Counted from the stretch's first letter, positions 11,412 through 23,330 are shown. The stretch: 64,000 nucleotides of DNA from an uncultured bacterium (GCA_963843795.1 CAWJLW010000004.1:1-64000), one strand, 5' to 3'. Notes: a model not told the origin generated them from the sequence alone. Translations and numbers: made by a program.

Positions 11412-12149
11412 ATGACACAATCACAGCCGACACCACCCCGCCCCTTTGTGGCCTACTACCGCGTTTCGACCGACAAGCAGGGCCGCAGTGGTTTGGGATT
11501 GGACGCGCAAAAAGCCGCCGTGCAGCAATTCATTGGGCGCAGCGGCGGCGAACTGTGCGCGAGCTTTCAGGAGATCGAGACCGGAAAGCACAGCGCGCGG
11601 CCCGAATTGCAAAGCGCCTTGAAATTGTGCCGCCAGAAAAAAGCGGTTCTCGTAATCGCCAAACTGGATCGCCTGTCGCGCAATCTGGCCTTTATCGCCA
11701 ATCTGATGGAAAGTGGCGTGGATTTCGTGGCGTGTGATATGCCGACCGCCAACAAGACCATGTTGCAAATTATGGCCGTGTTTGCCGAGCATGAACGCGA
11801 GGCGATTTCGCAGCGCACCAAAGATGCCCTGCAAGCCGCCAAAGCGCGCGGACAGCAATTGGGCAATCCCCGCCCCGATGTGCCGAAGATGAACCGGAGG
11901 CGCGCCCAAACTGCGCGCGCGTTTCGGGAAGGACATTACCTGCAAATCAAAGCCTTGCACGATAGCGGAATGACCTTGCGCGCCATCGCCCAGACGCTCA
12001 ACGAGCGCGGCACCCGCAGCCAGAACAACCGCCAATGGCACGCCGAAGCGGTGCGCCTGATCTTGAAACGCCACCAAGAAACTTCCCACGACACCAGCCC
12101 CGAAGCTAATCCCAACACTAATCGCAGCACTAATATAGAGGCCGCGTAG
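11412..12149 (+). CDS. Serine recombinase/resolvase
   Basis: FVAYYRVSTDKQGRSGLGLDAQ, RPELQSAL, AKLDRLSR, AEHEREAISQRTKDALQAAKARG..LGNP and a C-terminal HTH. Confidence 0.95.
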   Translation: MTQSQPTPPRPFVAYYRVSTDKQGRSGLGLDAQKAAVQQFIGRSGGELCASFQEIETGKHSARPELQSALKLCRQKKAVLVIAKLDRLSRNLAFIANLMESGVDFVACDMPTANKTMLQIMAVFAEHEREAISQRTKDALQAAKARGQQLGNPRPDVPKMNRRRAQTARAFREGHYLQIKALHDSGMTLRAIAQTLNERGTRSQNNRQWHAEAVRLILKRHQETSHDTSPEANPNTNRSTNIEAA

Positions 12150-12181
12150 TTTTGTGCTGCAAGTACTTGCAGCACAAAACT
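12148..12181. terminator. 34-bp perfect palindrome around GCAAGTACTTGC at the resolvase stop
   Basis: AGTTTTGTGCTGCAAGTACTTGCAGCACAAAACT. Confidence 0.55.
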
Positions 12182-12291
12182 GGAGTTGCCAATGGGGCAA
12201 ACATGTTGTAAAGTCTGCAAGACAGCTTGTAATTATGTAAACATTATGGCATTCATACAAGCAAGCTCGAAAAGGAAACGGGACAGACGAC

Positions 12292-12961
12292 ATGATTTTT
12301 TCGGTCATTAACCAGAAGGGTGGCGTGGGCAAAACCACGCTCAGCATTCATATTGCCGATGGACTGGCCAAGCGCGGTCGCAAGGTGGCGCTGATTGATG
12401 CCGATGCACAGAACTCTACCCTGCTCTGGTCGGCGTCGCGCCCGGGCGACACACTTTTTCCGGTAATGGGAATGCCCAAAGAAACGCTTTATCAGGAAGT
12501 GCAGAGCTTGCGCGATAGCTTCGATGATATTGTGATCGACGGCCCGCCGCGCGTGGCGACCGTGCTCAAAGCGGCTATCGCCGCTGCCGATCTGGTTTTA
12601 GTGCCGGTCAAACCCAGTTCGCTCGACGTGTGGGCGGCAACTGATGTCGTCAGTTTGATTGAAGAAGTGCGCACCTTCCGGCCCGATCTGCGCGCCGCCT
12701 TTGTGATCAACGAACGCCGCCCGAATACACGTTTGGCGCGTGACATGGAGGAAGCCTTAAAGGGGATCGGCTTGGCGGTCTGCCAGAACCAGCATTCATA
12801 CCCGCGCCGCCTATCCGGTCGCTATCGGACAGGGACTAAGCGTTTTTGACATCGAACCCAAAGGCAAAGCCGCTCTGGAAATGGGACGGCTCATCGACGA
12901 AATCTCAGCACTTCCAACTCAAAAAGGAAACTCAAAAAGGAAAATAAAAGGAGCCAGATGA
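12292..12961 (+). CDS. parA: Short (type Ib/ParF-like) ParA ATPase, frameshifted near 12790-12840
   Basis: NQKGGVGKTT, LIDADAQ, IVIDGPP, VPVKPSSLD. The C-terminus SVFDIEPKGKAALEMGRLIDEI is in another frame and ends at TGA 12961, overlapping the next ATG. Confidence 0.92.
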
Positions 12962-13254
12962 ACAGCAAACCAAACTCGACTATCGCCGCCAAACCCGCCA
13001 TTGATCCCGCTTTACAATGGATCGGAGGAATGCCAGAAACCCCAGAAAAGCCTGCTGGCATACAAGACAACAAGAAGACAAGCAAACAAAACAACAAAAA
13101 TACAGATGCGGATGAGAGCGAGCCAACCGCGATGCTCAGCGCCCGCGTGCCGGTTTCCTTGACCCGCAAATTACGTATTCGCGCCGCGACTGAAGGCCGA
13201 ACTATTCAGGAAATCGTTACGGAGCTTTTAGAAAATTATCTGGGCCAAGATTGA
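12958..13254 (+). CDS. ParG-like ribbon-helix-helix partition adaptor
   Basis: Disordered N-terminus plus SARVPVSLTRKLRIRAATEGRTIQEIVTELLENYL. Translationally coupled to parA. Confidence 0.8.
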   Translation: MNSKPNSTIAAKPAIDPALQWIGGMPETPEKPAGIQDNKKTSKQNNKNTDADESEPTAMLSARVPVSLTRKLRIRAATEGRTIQEIVTELLENYLGQD

Positions 13255-13425
13255 ACTTTGGTCGAGATGTGAACATGGATTGCGAAGGGGGCGATACGAT
13301 GAGCGACGATCAAACACGCGGCCCCAAGTCGGGTAGCCCCAAGTCAGGTAGCCCGAACGGTAGCCCCAGTCAGGTAGCCAAGTCGGGTCTTTCCCCGACG
13401 CAGGCCGACTTTACCTTAGTTGCCC

Positions 13426-13905
13426 CTATTGATCCATGCTCCATCGCTGCGCCAAATAAACACCATGCATCGAAGTCGTGCTCAAAACATCGTCTTCGGC
13501 CACCAGCGCGGGCCAGTTCACAGCAGGCAGGTTCTTGGATGGGGGCAGGGCAATTCCGCACAGCGTGACCGTCGCATCCGCAAATTCGATATCGCCGCCC
13601 GAAATGTTGCTCAACTGCAAATGCACCCGACGATGCACATCAAAGCGGCGCGCGACCGCATCCGGCAGATCAGGCGTCAAGCGCGTGCGATGGGCGGGCG
13701 CAAGTACTTGCAGACCGGCAACCGGTTCGATGTCGAGGCTCAGGATCAGAGCGAAATTGGCGGCGACCGTGGGCGCTTCCAAAAACGTCAGACCATTGAG
13801 ATCGACAATTCCGTTCACTTGCGCCCCGGCAGCGAGCGGCCCAGTCGTGGAGAGCTTAAATTGCGCGTGCACGATCAATTCCGGCAAACCTTCAATTTCA
13901 AACAT
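13426..13905 (-). CDS. Hypothetical beta-rich virion protein at the end of the structural operon
   Basis: AAAGGA RBS, codon usage consistent with the operon, position. Confidence 0.65.
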   Translation of the reverse strand: MFEIEGLPELIVHAQFKLSTTGPLAAGAQVNGIVDLNGLTFLEAPTVAANFALILSLDIEPVAGLQVLAPAHRTRLTPDLPDAVARRFDVHRRVHLQLSNISGGDIEFADATVTLCGIALPPSKNLPAVNWPALVAEDDVLSTTSMHGVYLAQRWSMDQ

Positions 13906-13962
13906 GGTGTTTCCTTTGGAGCTTTCACTTTCCTAAAATTGTGGGAGTTTCTGCAGAAACTC

Positions 13963-16061
13963 CTAATTCGCCGCCGTCAGATCGCTTTCGCGCGGCACTT
14001 GCAAAGTCGCCGTAAAACTCAGATTAAAGCCCGAACCGACGAGCGCCCACGGCGAAATGGCGCGATTCTGAAAACGCGCCAGATACCAGCTCCCATCCGT
14101 GCGCCGTGTCGTCGCGATCAGGTTGTCAATCGTGACGGGTGACGTGCCCCCAGCCAGCACATTGCCACTGCCCGCGACAATCGTTTCGGTCAGGGCATCC
14201 AACCAAAAGACCGTACCCTCGGGCACGCCCCGCGCCGCACGATAAATCCCGTCCTCATCTTCGAGCCATACCGTACCGTCCGAACTGCCACTGAGGGCAC
14301 CGCGCAAGAAAGGCGCATTGCCCCGATAATCGCACGCCGCCACTGGCTCAAACGCGAAGTCACCCAACCCTTGCACTGTGCCATCGGCAAGTACTTGCGC
14401 CAGCAGCCCCGAATCATCACCAAAGCGCACCGTTCCATCGTCGCCGATGAGCTTAATGAAGCTTATCGCTGCGGTATGTGCAAGTACTTGCAGCGCGCTA
14501 TTATCGCCTTTTTTCCAGCGATAAATTCGATCTTCGCCAGTAGCCAAGGCCACCCATTCACCACTCACATCAATTTCTAAAATCGACATATCCAAATCGG
14601 CGCGGCGCCGGGTTTCCAGTGCGCCGTTTTCGATCCAGCTTTCATACAACGCCGCGCTGCCAACGTCACCATAGACGCGCAAATAATGAGCATCGGCACC
14701 CGTCCCAAGTGACTCAATGAACCGAGCCGCGCGACTTTCGCCATAGGGCGCTTCGAGCGTCGAATACTGCACGCCGTCATCACCGGCAGCGTCGAGATCA
14801 AGGCTCACAAACTTGTCCTCGCACACCGCCAAAAGCCGCGCACCGCGCACGCTCAGGTCACTCACCACGATACCCGCGGGCACGCTGTGCGTTTGCTCCA
14901 AGCCCTCGGGCGTAAGCAGATACACCACTTCTGACGTATAGATGCGCAGCTGAATCGGCAGCGTCCTGGCGCGTTTTGATGACCAAGCCATCCAACTCGT
15001 AGAACACGGTTTTTTCGCGCCGCGAGCGCCGCACGCGCAGAATCGCGACCTCGGTCGGCAGCGTGATCGTGCCATCCGAAGCGCGCAAGCCCAAAAGCGG
15101 TTCATCGCTGTGATTGGTCACGGCTTGCATCAACCCGTGGCTCGCTTCCAAAGCGGCCAGTTCGGTGGGCGTTGGATTGGCGGGCGGCGGCGAATCGGCG
15201 GGCGGAGGACTCGCGACCGCCGGTTCGTAGTAAAAGGTGTCGGCTTCACACGTCGGCGGATCGAGAATCATATCGACTTGAACGCTATCGAGCAAGCCCT
15301 GTACCCACGAACACGAAGTCGCCAAAGGCCACCTCACTGCGCAGCGTGTGATTCACATTGACGGTGATTTCGACCTCATTGGAGCAGCCACCCGCATCGA
15401 GGACGACCGCGCGCAGCTTGACTTGTCCTTGCCAGGCTTCGAGCGTAGCGGGCACGGTCGCATAAAACTGTTTGGTATTGCCGGGGGCACGTTTGACGCC
15501 CGCAAGCGGCGTCCCGGCATAGCTCAAGGTCACCGGCGTTGAGGCGTCGAGTGCGAGCGGCCCACTGACTTGCACGACAATCTGTTGCAGATCGTGAAGG
15601 GTATCGCCCTCGGCGATTCCCACGAACGTTATCGTATTCGCGCTGCGCAGTTCGGCCACCAAGGGCGGTCCCAGAGCACTGCACGCGCTGCCATTGCAGG
15701 CGCGCGCGCGATAGGTATACGGTCGAAGCGTCACGACATCGGTATCGGTGAAGGTATCGCTGGCACTGGTCAAAGACGCCACCGGTGCTTGTGAAACTCC
15801 CTGGGCCAGATCATCGCGAAAAAGCTCCACACGATCCCAGATTCCGGGTGCTTCGGGCCAGGGCGGGCTGCCGATTGTGAAAGCTGGCGGTGCGCAGGTG
15901 TGCGCTGTGAGAACGGGCGCATCGGGAACAGCGGGCGCTTCGCCGCCGCCATTGCCATCGCAGCAGATGGTTTCCAATAAAATGGCGGGGCCAGGAGTTG
16001 AGGGTGGGGCGGGTGGCGACGTGGTGAAGGTGCCGATTGCGCCGGGAGTTTCAGTAGCCAT
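13963..16061 (-). CDS. FN3/Ig-like plus beta-propeller-like tail/adhesion protein split by frameshifts into three ORFs
   Basis: FTDTDVVTLRPYTYRARACNGSACSALG (FN3). Overlapping ORFs 15285-16061, 14858-15337 and 13963-15105. Confidence 0.6.
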
Positions 16062-16081
16062 AGGAATTGGGCAGGACTTGC

Positions 16082-16836
16082 CTAACGGATTTGTAGCGCG
16101 ACTTGTTCGCCGAATTTGTTGTAGCTCAGATACTCGAAATTAAGCCCACGGAATCGTAAGTGTTGGTCAACAAAGTTCCGCCACGCGCGCGCCTCGTTGT
16201 TTTGCCAGAACGGATAATTGAAAAACTCATCGAAAACAATGACGGTGCCCGCCACGATTCTTTCGTTCATTAACTCCAGAACTGTCCGAGCCGAGGAACC
16301 CAGATCGCAGTCGATGTGCACGAAGGCCAGGGGAAGGGGCGAAGTTTCCAGAAACGGGGGGATTGTCTGCGCGAACCAACCTTGATGCAGGCGCACGTTG
16401 ACCGGGACTTCGGGCACCGCACAGGCGAATTCACCGGCTTCCCAGCCATCGCGCCAGCGTGCGGGCAAACCCCGAAAGGAATCGAATCCGTGAAATAATT
16501 GCAGCGGCCTTTGGGCGGCACAATAGCGAATCGTGTGACCATCGGCCACGCCAAATTCACAACACAAGCCGTCCACACTGACTGTGATCCAGCGCCATCT
16601 CCAACACTTGCCAGCGATTTGCCAGCGAAGTGGCCGCTTCCATGTTTTCCAGAACATAACGAGCCGTTGATTGCAGCGCTTGGCGCTGCAGTTCGACCTC
16701 GATATCGCGCAGTGGAGAAAAGTCGCGCTCCTGAGCGATCTGAGCGATTGCATCCAGACGCTGAGGTTTGACCTGATGGAATGTCTTGACCTGCTGAAAG
16801 GTCTTGACCTGTTGTATGGGTGGGGTTTGATGACAT
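16082..16836 (-). CDS. TylF/MycF-like SAM-dependent O-methyltransferase, frameshifted at the 5' end
   Basis: CEFGVADG, FHGFDSFRGLP, GWFAQT, LAFVHIDCDL, GTVIVFDEFFNYPFWQNNEARAW. Confidence 0.85.
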
Positions 16837-16854
16837 GAGATATTTAAACCGTGA

Positions 16855-18001
16855 CTAAACTGTGACTAAACCAAAACTCTCGATTTCGTTGGCGACCTCA
16901 TAGAGAAAGGGCCGGGTGGTGCCCAGAAAATGCAGCACCCTGGCGGCTTCTCCCAGCCGGGTGTATTGCATTCCGTGGGGCGTTGGTGCGGTTTCCATCC
17001 AGTTGGCGCGCACGTGCATCGTAAAATTGCACATTCCAGGTCGGTGCCAGTTCGAGCCGGTTTTCCATTTGTGCAATCGCCACATTCATCACGAACTCAT
17101 CCGCAAACGTCGCGCGTAGGCCGCCCTCGATAAAAAGCGCAGCAAAAGGCATCATGCCGCAAATGGTTTCGTCGAGCTGCTGCCAGGCGGCGCGCCCACC
17201 GGCGATCAGGCCGCCATTGAAGGAGAACTTGGCGTTCCATTCCTCGCCCGTCAGAAATCGGATGTCGGCAGGGGGCGCACCGTGATGTCCTAGAACCGCG
17301 TGCAGGTGGAAGCGTTGGGCCACGCACTGCGCGCGGCAACCGGCTATTGTGGTCGGGTGCGCATTTTCCAGGGTGGCAAACAGTGGCTCGAATGACCCAA
17401 CGGCCAGCATGTCGGCTTCGAGCGAGACAATGGTCTCGGCTTCGATCCAGCGCGCGCACGAGTAGATGGCCCCTTTGATCGCTGCCGAGACGCGCTCGAC
17501 GCTTTGGCAGTCGATGAAATACAAGTCCAGCTCATTCAAGCCGCCATCGGTTTGTTCTCGCAATGCTTCCCCGGCACCGTTGACCACGAAAACCACCACC
17601 GCAGTTTCGCGCAGCTGAGCCGAACGACGCAGCGAGTGGAGCATCAATTCCAGCAGGTTTTCGTAGCCCGGGGAGATCACGGTCACGATCGCTCGCCGGG
17701 CACGAATCGGATACGGCGGGGGCGTGACTTCGACGCGTTGCAAGCAGTCCAGTTCGCGGCCCGCCCGCGGGCGAACTTGCCGCACCTGCGACCACGCGGC
17801 CCGCAAATAATCGCGCGGCACCGCGCGCAGCGTCCAGAAAGCCGCGCAGCGGGTGTCGATTTCGTCGCTGCGCAGTTCGAGCATGGCGTCTTGCAAACTG
17901 TTCAACGAAATCGAAGCTCTGGGTGCGGGATAAAGATTGCCCGCACCCGAGGACAAGGGCTGATTTTGGGCCGGGGGCGCATCGCGCAAACTGACTCTCA
18001 T
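16855..18001 (-). CDS. GT-A glycosyltransferase (GT8-like), frameshifted near the 3' end
   Basis: AIVTVISPGY..LMLHSLR, IVSLEADML (DxD-like), FNGGLI, ADEFVMN, LAPTWNVQ. RVLHFLG lies in the 16855-17085 frame. Confidence 0.72.
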
Positions 18002-18016
18002 CGCTTTCTCACTTTT

Positions 18017-18277
18017 CTAAACTGCGTTTTTGACCGCGATCCATTGGCGTTGGTATTGGGTTGCGGGCTGCAAATCTTCGACTCGCACGGTTTCCGAAAA
18101 GCCCACGTTATCAGCAGCCAGAAGCCAGGTCCCGTCCGGCGGGGTCGAGGGCCGGATGTGAAGCCGAAAATAATCTGTGCAATCGTTGGCGACCGGGGCG
18201 ACCACTTCGACCCAGGTCGGCCCGATGCCGGATTGAGTGGGCGCAGCGGCCACAGCAGGGGTGCAGGGTTCAGGCAT
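18017..18277 (-). CDS. Small FN3-like protein
   Basis: DYFRLHIRP..GTWLL..VRVEDLQPATQY. GAGGAG RBS. Confidence 0.6.
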   Translation of the reverse strand: MPEPCTPAVAAAPTQSGIGPTWVEVVAPVANDCTDYFRLHIRPSTPPDGTWLLAADNVGFSETVRVEDLQPATQYQRQWIAVKNAV

Positions 18278-18328
18278 AAGTTATTCTCCTCTTCGTGGCT
18301 CCTCTTTAGTGGCTCCTCTTTGTAGCTC

Positions 18329-19918
18329 CTATTTATGGGCGACGAAGCGCGCCTGCATCCCCGCGCACACCGGCACATTCGCCGAGAACGGGAAGTTTGT
18401 CAAGATATTGGTGGAGCGCTCCTGCCAGGTCGCGCCGTTGTCGGCAGAAGTTTCAAAGCTCAAATAGCTGGTGCACGCGGGCCAGGCCGCTGCGCTCACA
18501 CCTTGCACGCGCACGCTGTGCAGATTTTGGATGCACGCCACGGGCGAGGGCGGCACCGCGGGCACGCAACCGTAATCGCCCGTGCTGGGCGGGTTAGGCT
18601 GTCGCTCCGGGATGACAAAAAATACCGAATCGCTAAAAGTGCGCCCCACGCTATCGCTGGACTGATAGCGAAGACGGTATTGATTGAGGGCCACCGTGCG
18701 GGCGGTGTAGGAGCCGGGGGCGAGATTGCGCAGGGTAAAGGACTGCTCCGGGACTGTCACATAGGTTTGCTCATACGACGACCCGAGCGGCGGCAAAACG
18801 GTTAATACCAAGTTGACCGAGGTTGCCCCTACCGGAAGCGGGGGCATCAGGAAGTCGGCCCCGGTGCGATTTTCAATGATTTCCAGTGCAGGCGGGGCGG
18901 GCTTTTCCGGCGCGCCGCTGACGTTTAACGGGCGGCCTTGGCTTTCAATCGTGCCCACCAAAAAGGGTTCATCATAGGTTTTGCGCAGGAACAAAACATA
19001 ATTGTAGGGCTGCAATACACCGGTATCATAAACCGCGTCCTGCTCGACATCAGGAAACACCATGCCCCGCGAAAAGCCGACGCCCGGAATTAAGGTCGCT
19101 TCTGTGATGTCGTATTGGAACCCGGCGGGCAAGACGGCGGCAGTGCGCACGTTGTAGCGCTTCCACGCCGTGCGCTCATGGACTTGCAGGAGAGGCGGCG
19201 CGACTGGCCCCGTCTGCGGCCCGTAGTTATTGGAAATGTCTTGGTTTACCGTTGCCGGAAAATAAGCCAAACAGTATTTGCGGTCGCTCGTGCTGTGCGG
19301 GAGGTTGTAAACGTGCGGCCCGTCTCGGTGGAGTATCCAGCCATACGTCGGATCTTGTTCCCCGATGGCGACGCGGACGTATTGCTGCGGGTTGGTCGCG
19401 TCCCAGAGCGCAACGCCTTCAACGCCTAGCGGGTAAACCCCGTCCCAATCTAACTTGTAGCGAAATTCGGCGTAATCGCTGATTAAAAGCCGGGGCGGCG
19501 GCGGTGTTAAGCGGGCGTCCACTTCCAATTTGCGGAGGGCAAACTGCGTCGCGCTGGAGAAATTTAACGTCACGTAACGCACGGAAACTGTCCCGTTGCC
19601 TATTGCGGACGAGCGAATTGTCCCGGGCTGGTCGTTGGCAGGCCAATTGGCAAAGAAAACGCCGTCCCCGGCGGCGCCCGCCCAATCAAACGGGGCGGCA
19701 CTGCGAAGTACTTGCAGTTCCGCCGCAGCCGTGCCCATTGTCCCGTTGGTGGCCGCGTAATAATGGACGTTGTAGTAATTGCCTAAATCCAAAACCACCG
19801 ACGACGCATTACCGCCCGCACAAAGCACGGCCTCAGTCGCCGTGCTGCCATCGAAAAGCGCTGCCGGGTCGGTTACGTTCACCGAGCTTAAAATGGTCGG
19901 GTTTAAAAATATGTTCAT
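18329..19918 (-). CDS. Discoidin/galactose-binding-like plus FN3 virion adhesion protein
   Basis: ALFDGSTAT..VVLDLG..VRYVTLNF at the N-terminus, and FTLRNLAPGSYTARTVALN (FN3). Confidence 0.65.
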   Translation of the reverse strand: MNIFLNPTILSSVNVTDPAALFDGSTATEAVLCAGGNASSVVLDLGNYYNVHYYAATNGTMGTAAAELQVLRSAAPFDWAGAAGDGVFFANWPANDQPGTIRSSAIGNGTVSVRYVTLNFSSATQFALRKLEVDARLTPPPPRLLISDYAEFRYKLDWDGVYPLGVEGVALWDATNPQQYVRVAIGEQDPTYGWILHRDGPHVYNLPHSTSDRKYCLAYFPATVNQDISNNYGPQTGPVAPPLLQVHERTAWKRYNVRTAAVLPAGFQYDITEATLIPGVGFSRGMVFPDVEQDAVYDTGVLQPYNYVLFLRKTYDEPFLVGTIESQGRPLNVSGAPEKPAPPALEIIENRTGADFLMPPLPVGATSVNLVLTVLPPLGSSYEQTYVTVPEQSFTLRNLAPGSYTARTVALNQYRLRYQSSDSVGRTFSDSVFFVIPERQPNPPSTGDYGCVPAVPPSPVACIQNLHSVRVQGVSAAAWPACTSYLSFETSADNGATWQERSTNILTNFPFSANVPVCAGMQARFVAHK

Positions 19919-19982
19919 GTTTCCGCTTTTTCCGCTTTTTCGTTTTTCATCAATACACGGTTTAAGAGCTTAATACACGGCT

Positions 19983-22518
19983 TTAATGAACGGCATTCAA
20001 AACCGGCACCACCGCAATGCCAGGATCGACAATCGCCACCAGATCGAACTTGTGCCCGCGTTTGGGCAGCCACAATTCGCGCGCGTGCGGAAGCGCGATA
20101 TTGAACTCGGCAAGTACTTGCGGGTTGGTAATGCGCAGTTCGTGAATCGAATTCCAACGCCGCCGTGCCATCGACCCGCCCCCAAAGACGCTGCTCATCC
20201 GCGCACATCGCCTCAAAAGCCGCGACCTCTTCCACGTTCTGAAACCAGACCGCGTTGATCTCACCCGGCGCGCTCAATTCCATCCAACCAATGCGGATCG
20301 TCGAACCCTCGCCCGTGCCATCTTGCCCGGCGTGCGCGTCGTAAACGTCCTGGGCGTGATTGGAGCACGCCACCCGCTCCACCAGGTCATCGGTGCAGTA
20401 TTCGACGGTGCTCTGCCCACCTTGCCCGCCGCCGCTCACCACCACATCGGCTATCGCCGCACCCGCGCCCACGCCCCTGGCCCCGGTGCGCACGAACAAG
20501 CCCTGGCTCACATCGGCGTAGTCTTGCATGATGCCAGTAATCGCGTTGTCGCCCGAAGGCGAGCCGGTCGGTGCATAGACGCTCGATACCCGAATGCCCG
20601 CCGCCGCCGCTTGTTGCGCAATCAGATTCGCGTGCACGTCATCAAGCCCGGCCTGGTATTGGTCATCCAAACCCGCGGGCAAGTCATCGGTGATGAGCAC
20701 GGCAAGCTTCAAGGCCGCATCGCGCCACGGCACATCGAAGTCGCCGACTTGTTGCCCTCCAGGGCGCGCACTGGCGCTGAGATTATTCACGACCGTATTC
20801 AAGGCTTCGTCGCTGGCCTCGGGAGGGTTGAGATTCTGCGTTTGCAGCGCGCCCCCGCCCGCTTCCAACGCGCGCATCGCCAGTTCAAACTCGTCCCAGT
20901 TCCGGGCGCTAAAGTTGACGTTCACATAAATGCCGAAATCGAAGGTGACCAGCGCGACCCGGTAATCGCCGCCCGAAACTTCTTCGATTTGGGCGCGCAG
21001 GCCCAGGAGTTCGTTGACCACGTTTTGGATCGCCACTCCCATCGAACCCGAAATATCCAACACAATCGCCAGGTCAATCGCGCCGTAATCGGGTGGCGTG
21101 GGTGGCGTGCGCGTCACTACCCCCTGGCAAGTACCGGCGGTGAAGCGAAGGCCGCACCAGTTATCGACATCATAGGGCAAACTTTGCCCCTCTCCCAGCC
21201 CATAACGCAACGGATCGCCGGAGTTGTCGAGTTGCAGATAGATAGCGCCGTCCGGCACCTCGCCCGCAGCCAGCCACGCATCGGGCGGCGTTGCCCACAC
21301 CAAAAAGGGTGGAAACGCGCTGCCCACAAAGCCACTGCCATTGAGCGTATCCAGGTCGAGCGCGAATGACGACGATGTCGCATCCCAGCCAAAGTCCACC
21401 GTCGGCGCGCCACTGCCCGCTTGCACGCCACCATTGCGCGCGCCATAGGTGCCCTCGGCAGCATACGAACCCGGCAGCGCGTGACGCCCAAAAAACTTGC
21501 GCCCCACGATGCGCAGACATTCGCTTTGCTTGTCGGGCGTGAGCTCGCTTTTGCCACCCAACACCAGATAATCGCACGGTAGGGCCAGCTGCAACGTGCC
21601 GTCACCCGAGCCGACAAAGCGGAACATTCGCGGCTCGAAACGCGAGTTGACGCCGAAGCAGTAAATACCGGTCGCATACGGAATTACGCGACTCATATCC
21701 CAGTTACGTTTGTGCCAGCGCGCAAGTACTTGCGGCCCGCCCGAAACGAAGCGCGCGAGCATTTGCAGGTTGTCGCGCGATTCGTCGACTTCCTCGCTAT
21801 CAACGATTGTCGTGGTCTCTTCGTGAGGCGCTTTGGCCTCTTCATAGGTGCTGCCTTTCTCGGCGCCCACATCTTCCAAAATCGCCCAGAAGGTTTCTTT
21901 GGCGCACAGCGCAGCGCTCAACTGTTTGGGCAAGACCGGGCCGAGCTGGTTATTATCGTAAACGACATTCGCGGCACCTTTGGGCGTATTGAAGCGGGCG
22001 CCATAGCGCGCATTGGCGATCTCGCTATCGACTGCGCGCGCAAGTACTTGCAGTCCGTCGTAGCGCGAAAGCTGGGCGAAGCTCTGCCCGCCCGCGCCGA
22101 CCGGCACCAGTTGCGGCACCAGTTGCGGCACCAGTTGCGGCACCAGTTGCGGTGTATCAGCGCGCGGAAAATACCGCATCGTGCACAGTGGCGTGCCGAC
22201 GAAGAGCGCGCCTTCGCGGTCGCGCCAGATCGAACGCCCTGCCTGCGCTGTCACCAATGCGCCACTGCCCTCAAGTGTCGATGCGCTTTGTCCAAAGGGA
22301 AACGCCTGGCCAGATGTGGCGCTGCCATAGGCGGTCGCCAGAACATTCCAACTGCTATCGATGTGGAGCAGTGCCGTCATGCTCCCATTGCGTCCCGCCG
22401 CGTAACCGGTGAGCCACAGTGTGCCGTCGATGTCGTGAAAAATATCAAATACGCCGCGCAAACGCGGCTCGATGACAAAGGGCGCCAGCGTGCCGTCGTT
22501 GTCATTACGTCGCGCCAC
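19983..22518 (-). CDS. vWA (MIDAS) domain-containing tail-associated protein with frameshifted ends
   Basis: IDLAIVLDISGSM, YRVALVTF, PEASDEAL, LAVLITDD. The C-terminus probably continues in the 19983-20264 frame. Confidence 0.8.
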
Positions 22519-22745
22519 AAGGCCGCGCCCGCTGTCGCGCCCAGATGCACGTTTTCGTCACCGCACCAAGTACTTGCGGATTGAATTTTCAGGCACGACC
22601 ATTCGCCCGCGCCCGCAGCAGTTTGAGCCTGAACCCAGAACAGCAAAGAGCGCCCGGCGCTGCCCAGTGTCGCGGCACTAATCGCCGCACCATAAATCCC
22701 ATTGACTGGGGTGCTGACGACGCCCGAAGCCAGCGTGGCGCCACG

Positions 22746-23231
22746 TTAGGCATCGCACAAACGCCACTGCCAGCCCTCGCCCTCACCCAACGCAATTGGC
22801 TCCGAGCTGTCCCAGCGCACCAATAAGCCGACATCGGGTGCGACAATCGCGCGCTCATCGATGCCCTGATATTGCGTTGCTGCAAGTACTTGCAGGCCGG
22901 TTACACGAGCGGAGAGAAAGCCACTTGCGGGTGCATCGGCTGCGGGCGGCGCGAAGCCTTCATAGCGCGCGCCGAGGAAAGGCCGTAGGGCGCGGCTTTG
23001 AATCCAGGTCGCGCTGTCGGCTGCGACCAAACCGGTCTGGCCACCGAACAGCGGCGTGTTCGATGCGCTCGTGCGCGTCCAACAGTGCAGCGCGCAGTCG
23101 GAGATGGCGATGCCGAACGCGGGTGAGGTGCGCAAGACCCATTCGCGGGGGAATTGAGGAGAAGTCATGGCAGAGGATTCGTTCACGATTTTGGGGGCAG
23201 CGCTGCCCGCACCAGTTCGCGCCAGGTGCAA
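22746..23231 (-). CDS. Hypothetical virion protein, possibly the N-terminal part of the vWA gene
   Basis: Minus-strand ORF in the operon with overlapping ORF fragments to 22377. Confidence 0.45.
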   Translation of the reverse strand: MHLARTGAGSAAPKIVNESSAMTSPQFPREWVLRTSPAFGIAISDCALHCWTRTSASNTPLFGGQTGLVAADSATWIQSRALRPFLGARYEGFAPPAADAPASGFLSARVTGLQVLAATQYQGIDERAIVAPDVGLLVRWDSSEPIALGEGEGWQWRLCDA

Positions 23232-23330
23232 TTAATGTCTAGGTGCAATTGATGTCCGGCACTGTGACCTTGGCCAGACCTTTTCCATGCCGCGATCCGA
23301 CTGGTCGCCGTCGCATAAAAACAAGATTTT

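Noticed and set aside
13251..13568. CDS downstream of the ParG-like gene
   Set aside because: It is mostly short tandem repeats, overlaps the opposite-strand gene, and has no motif support.
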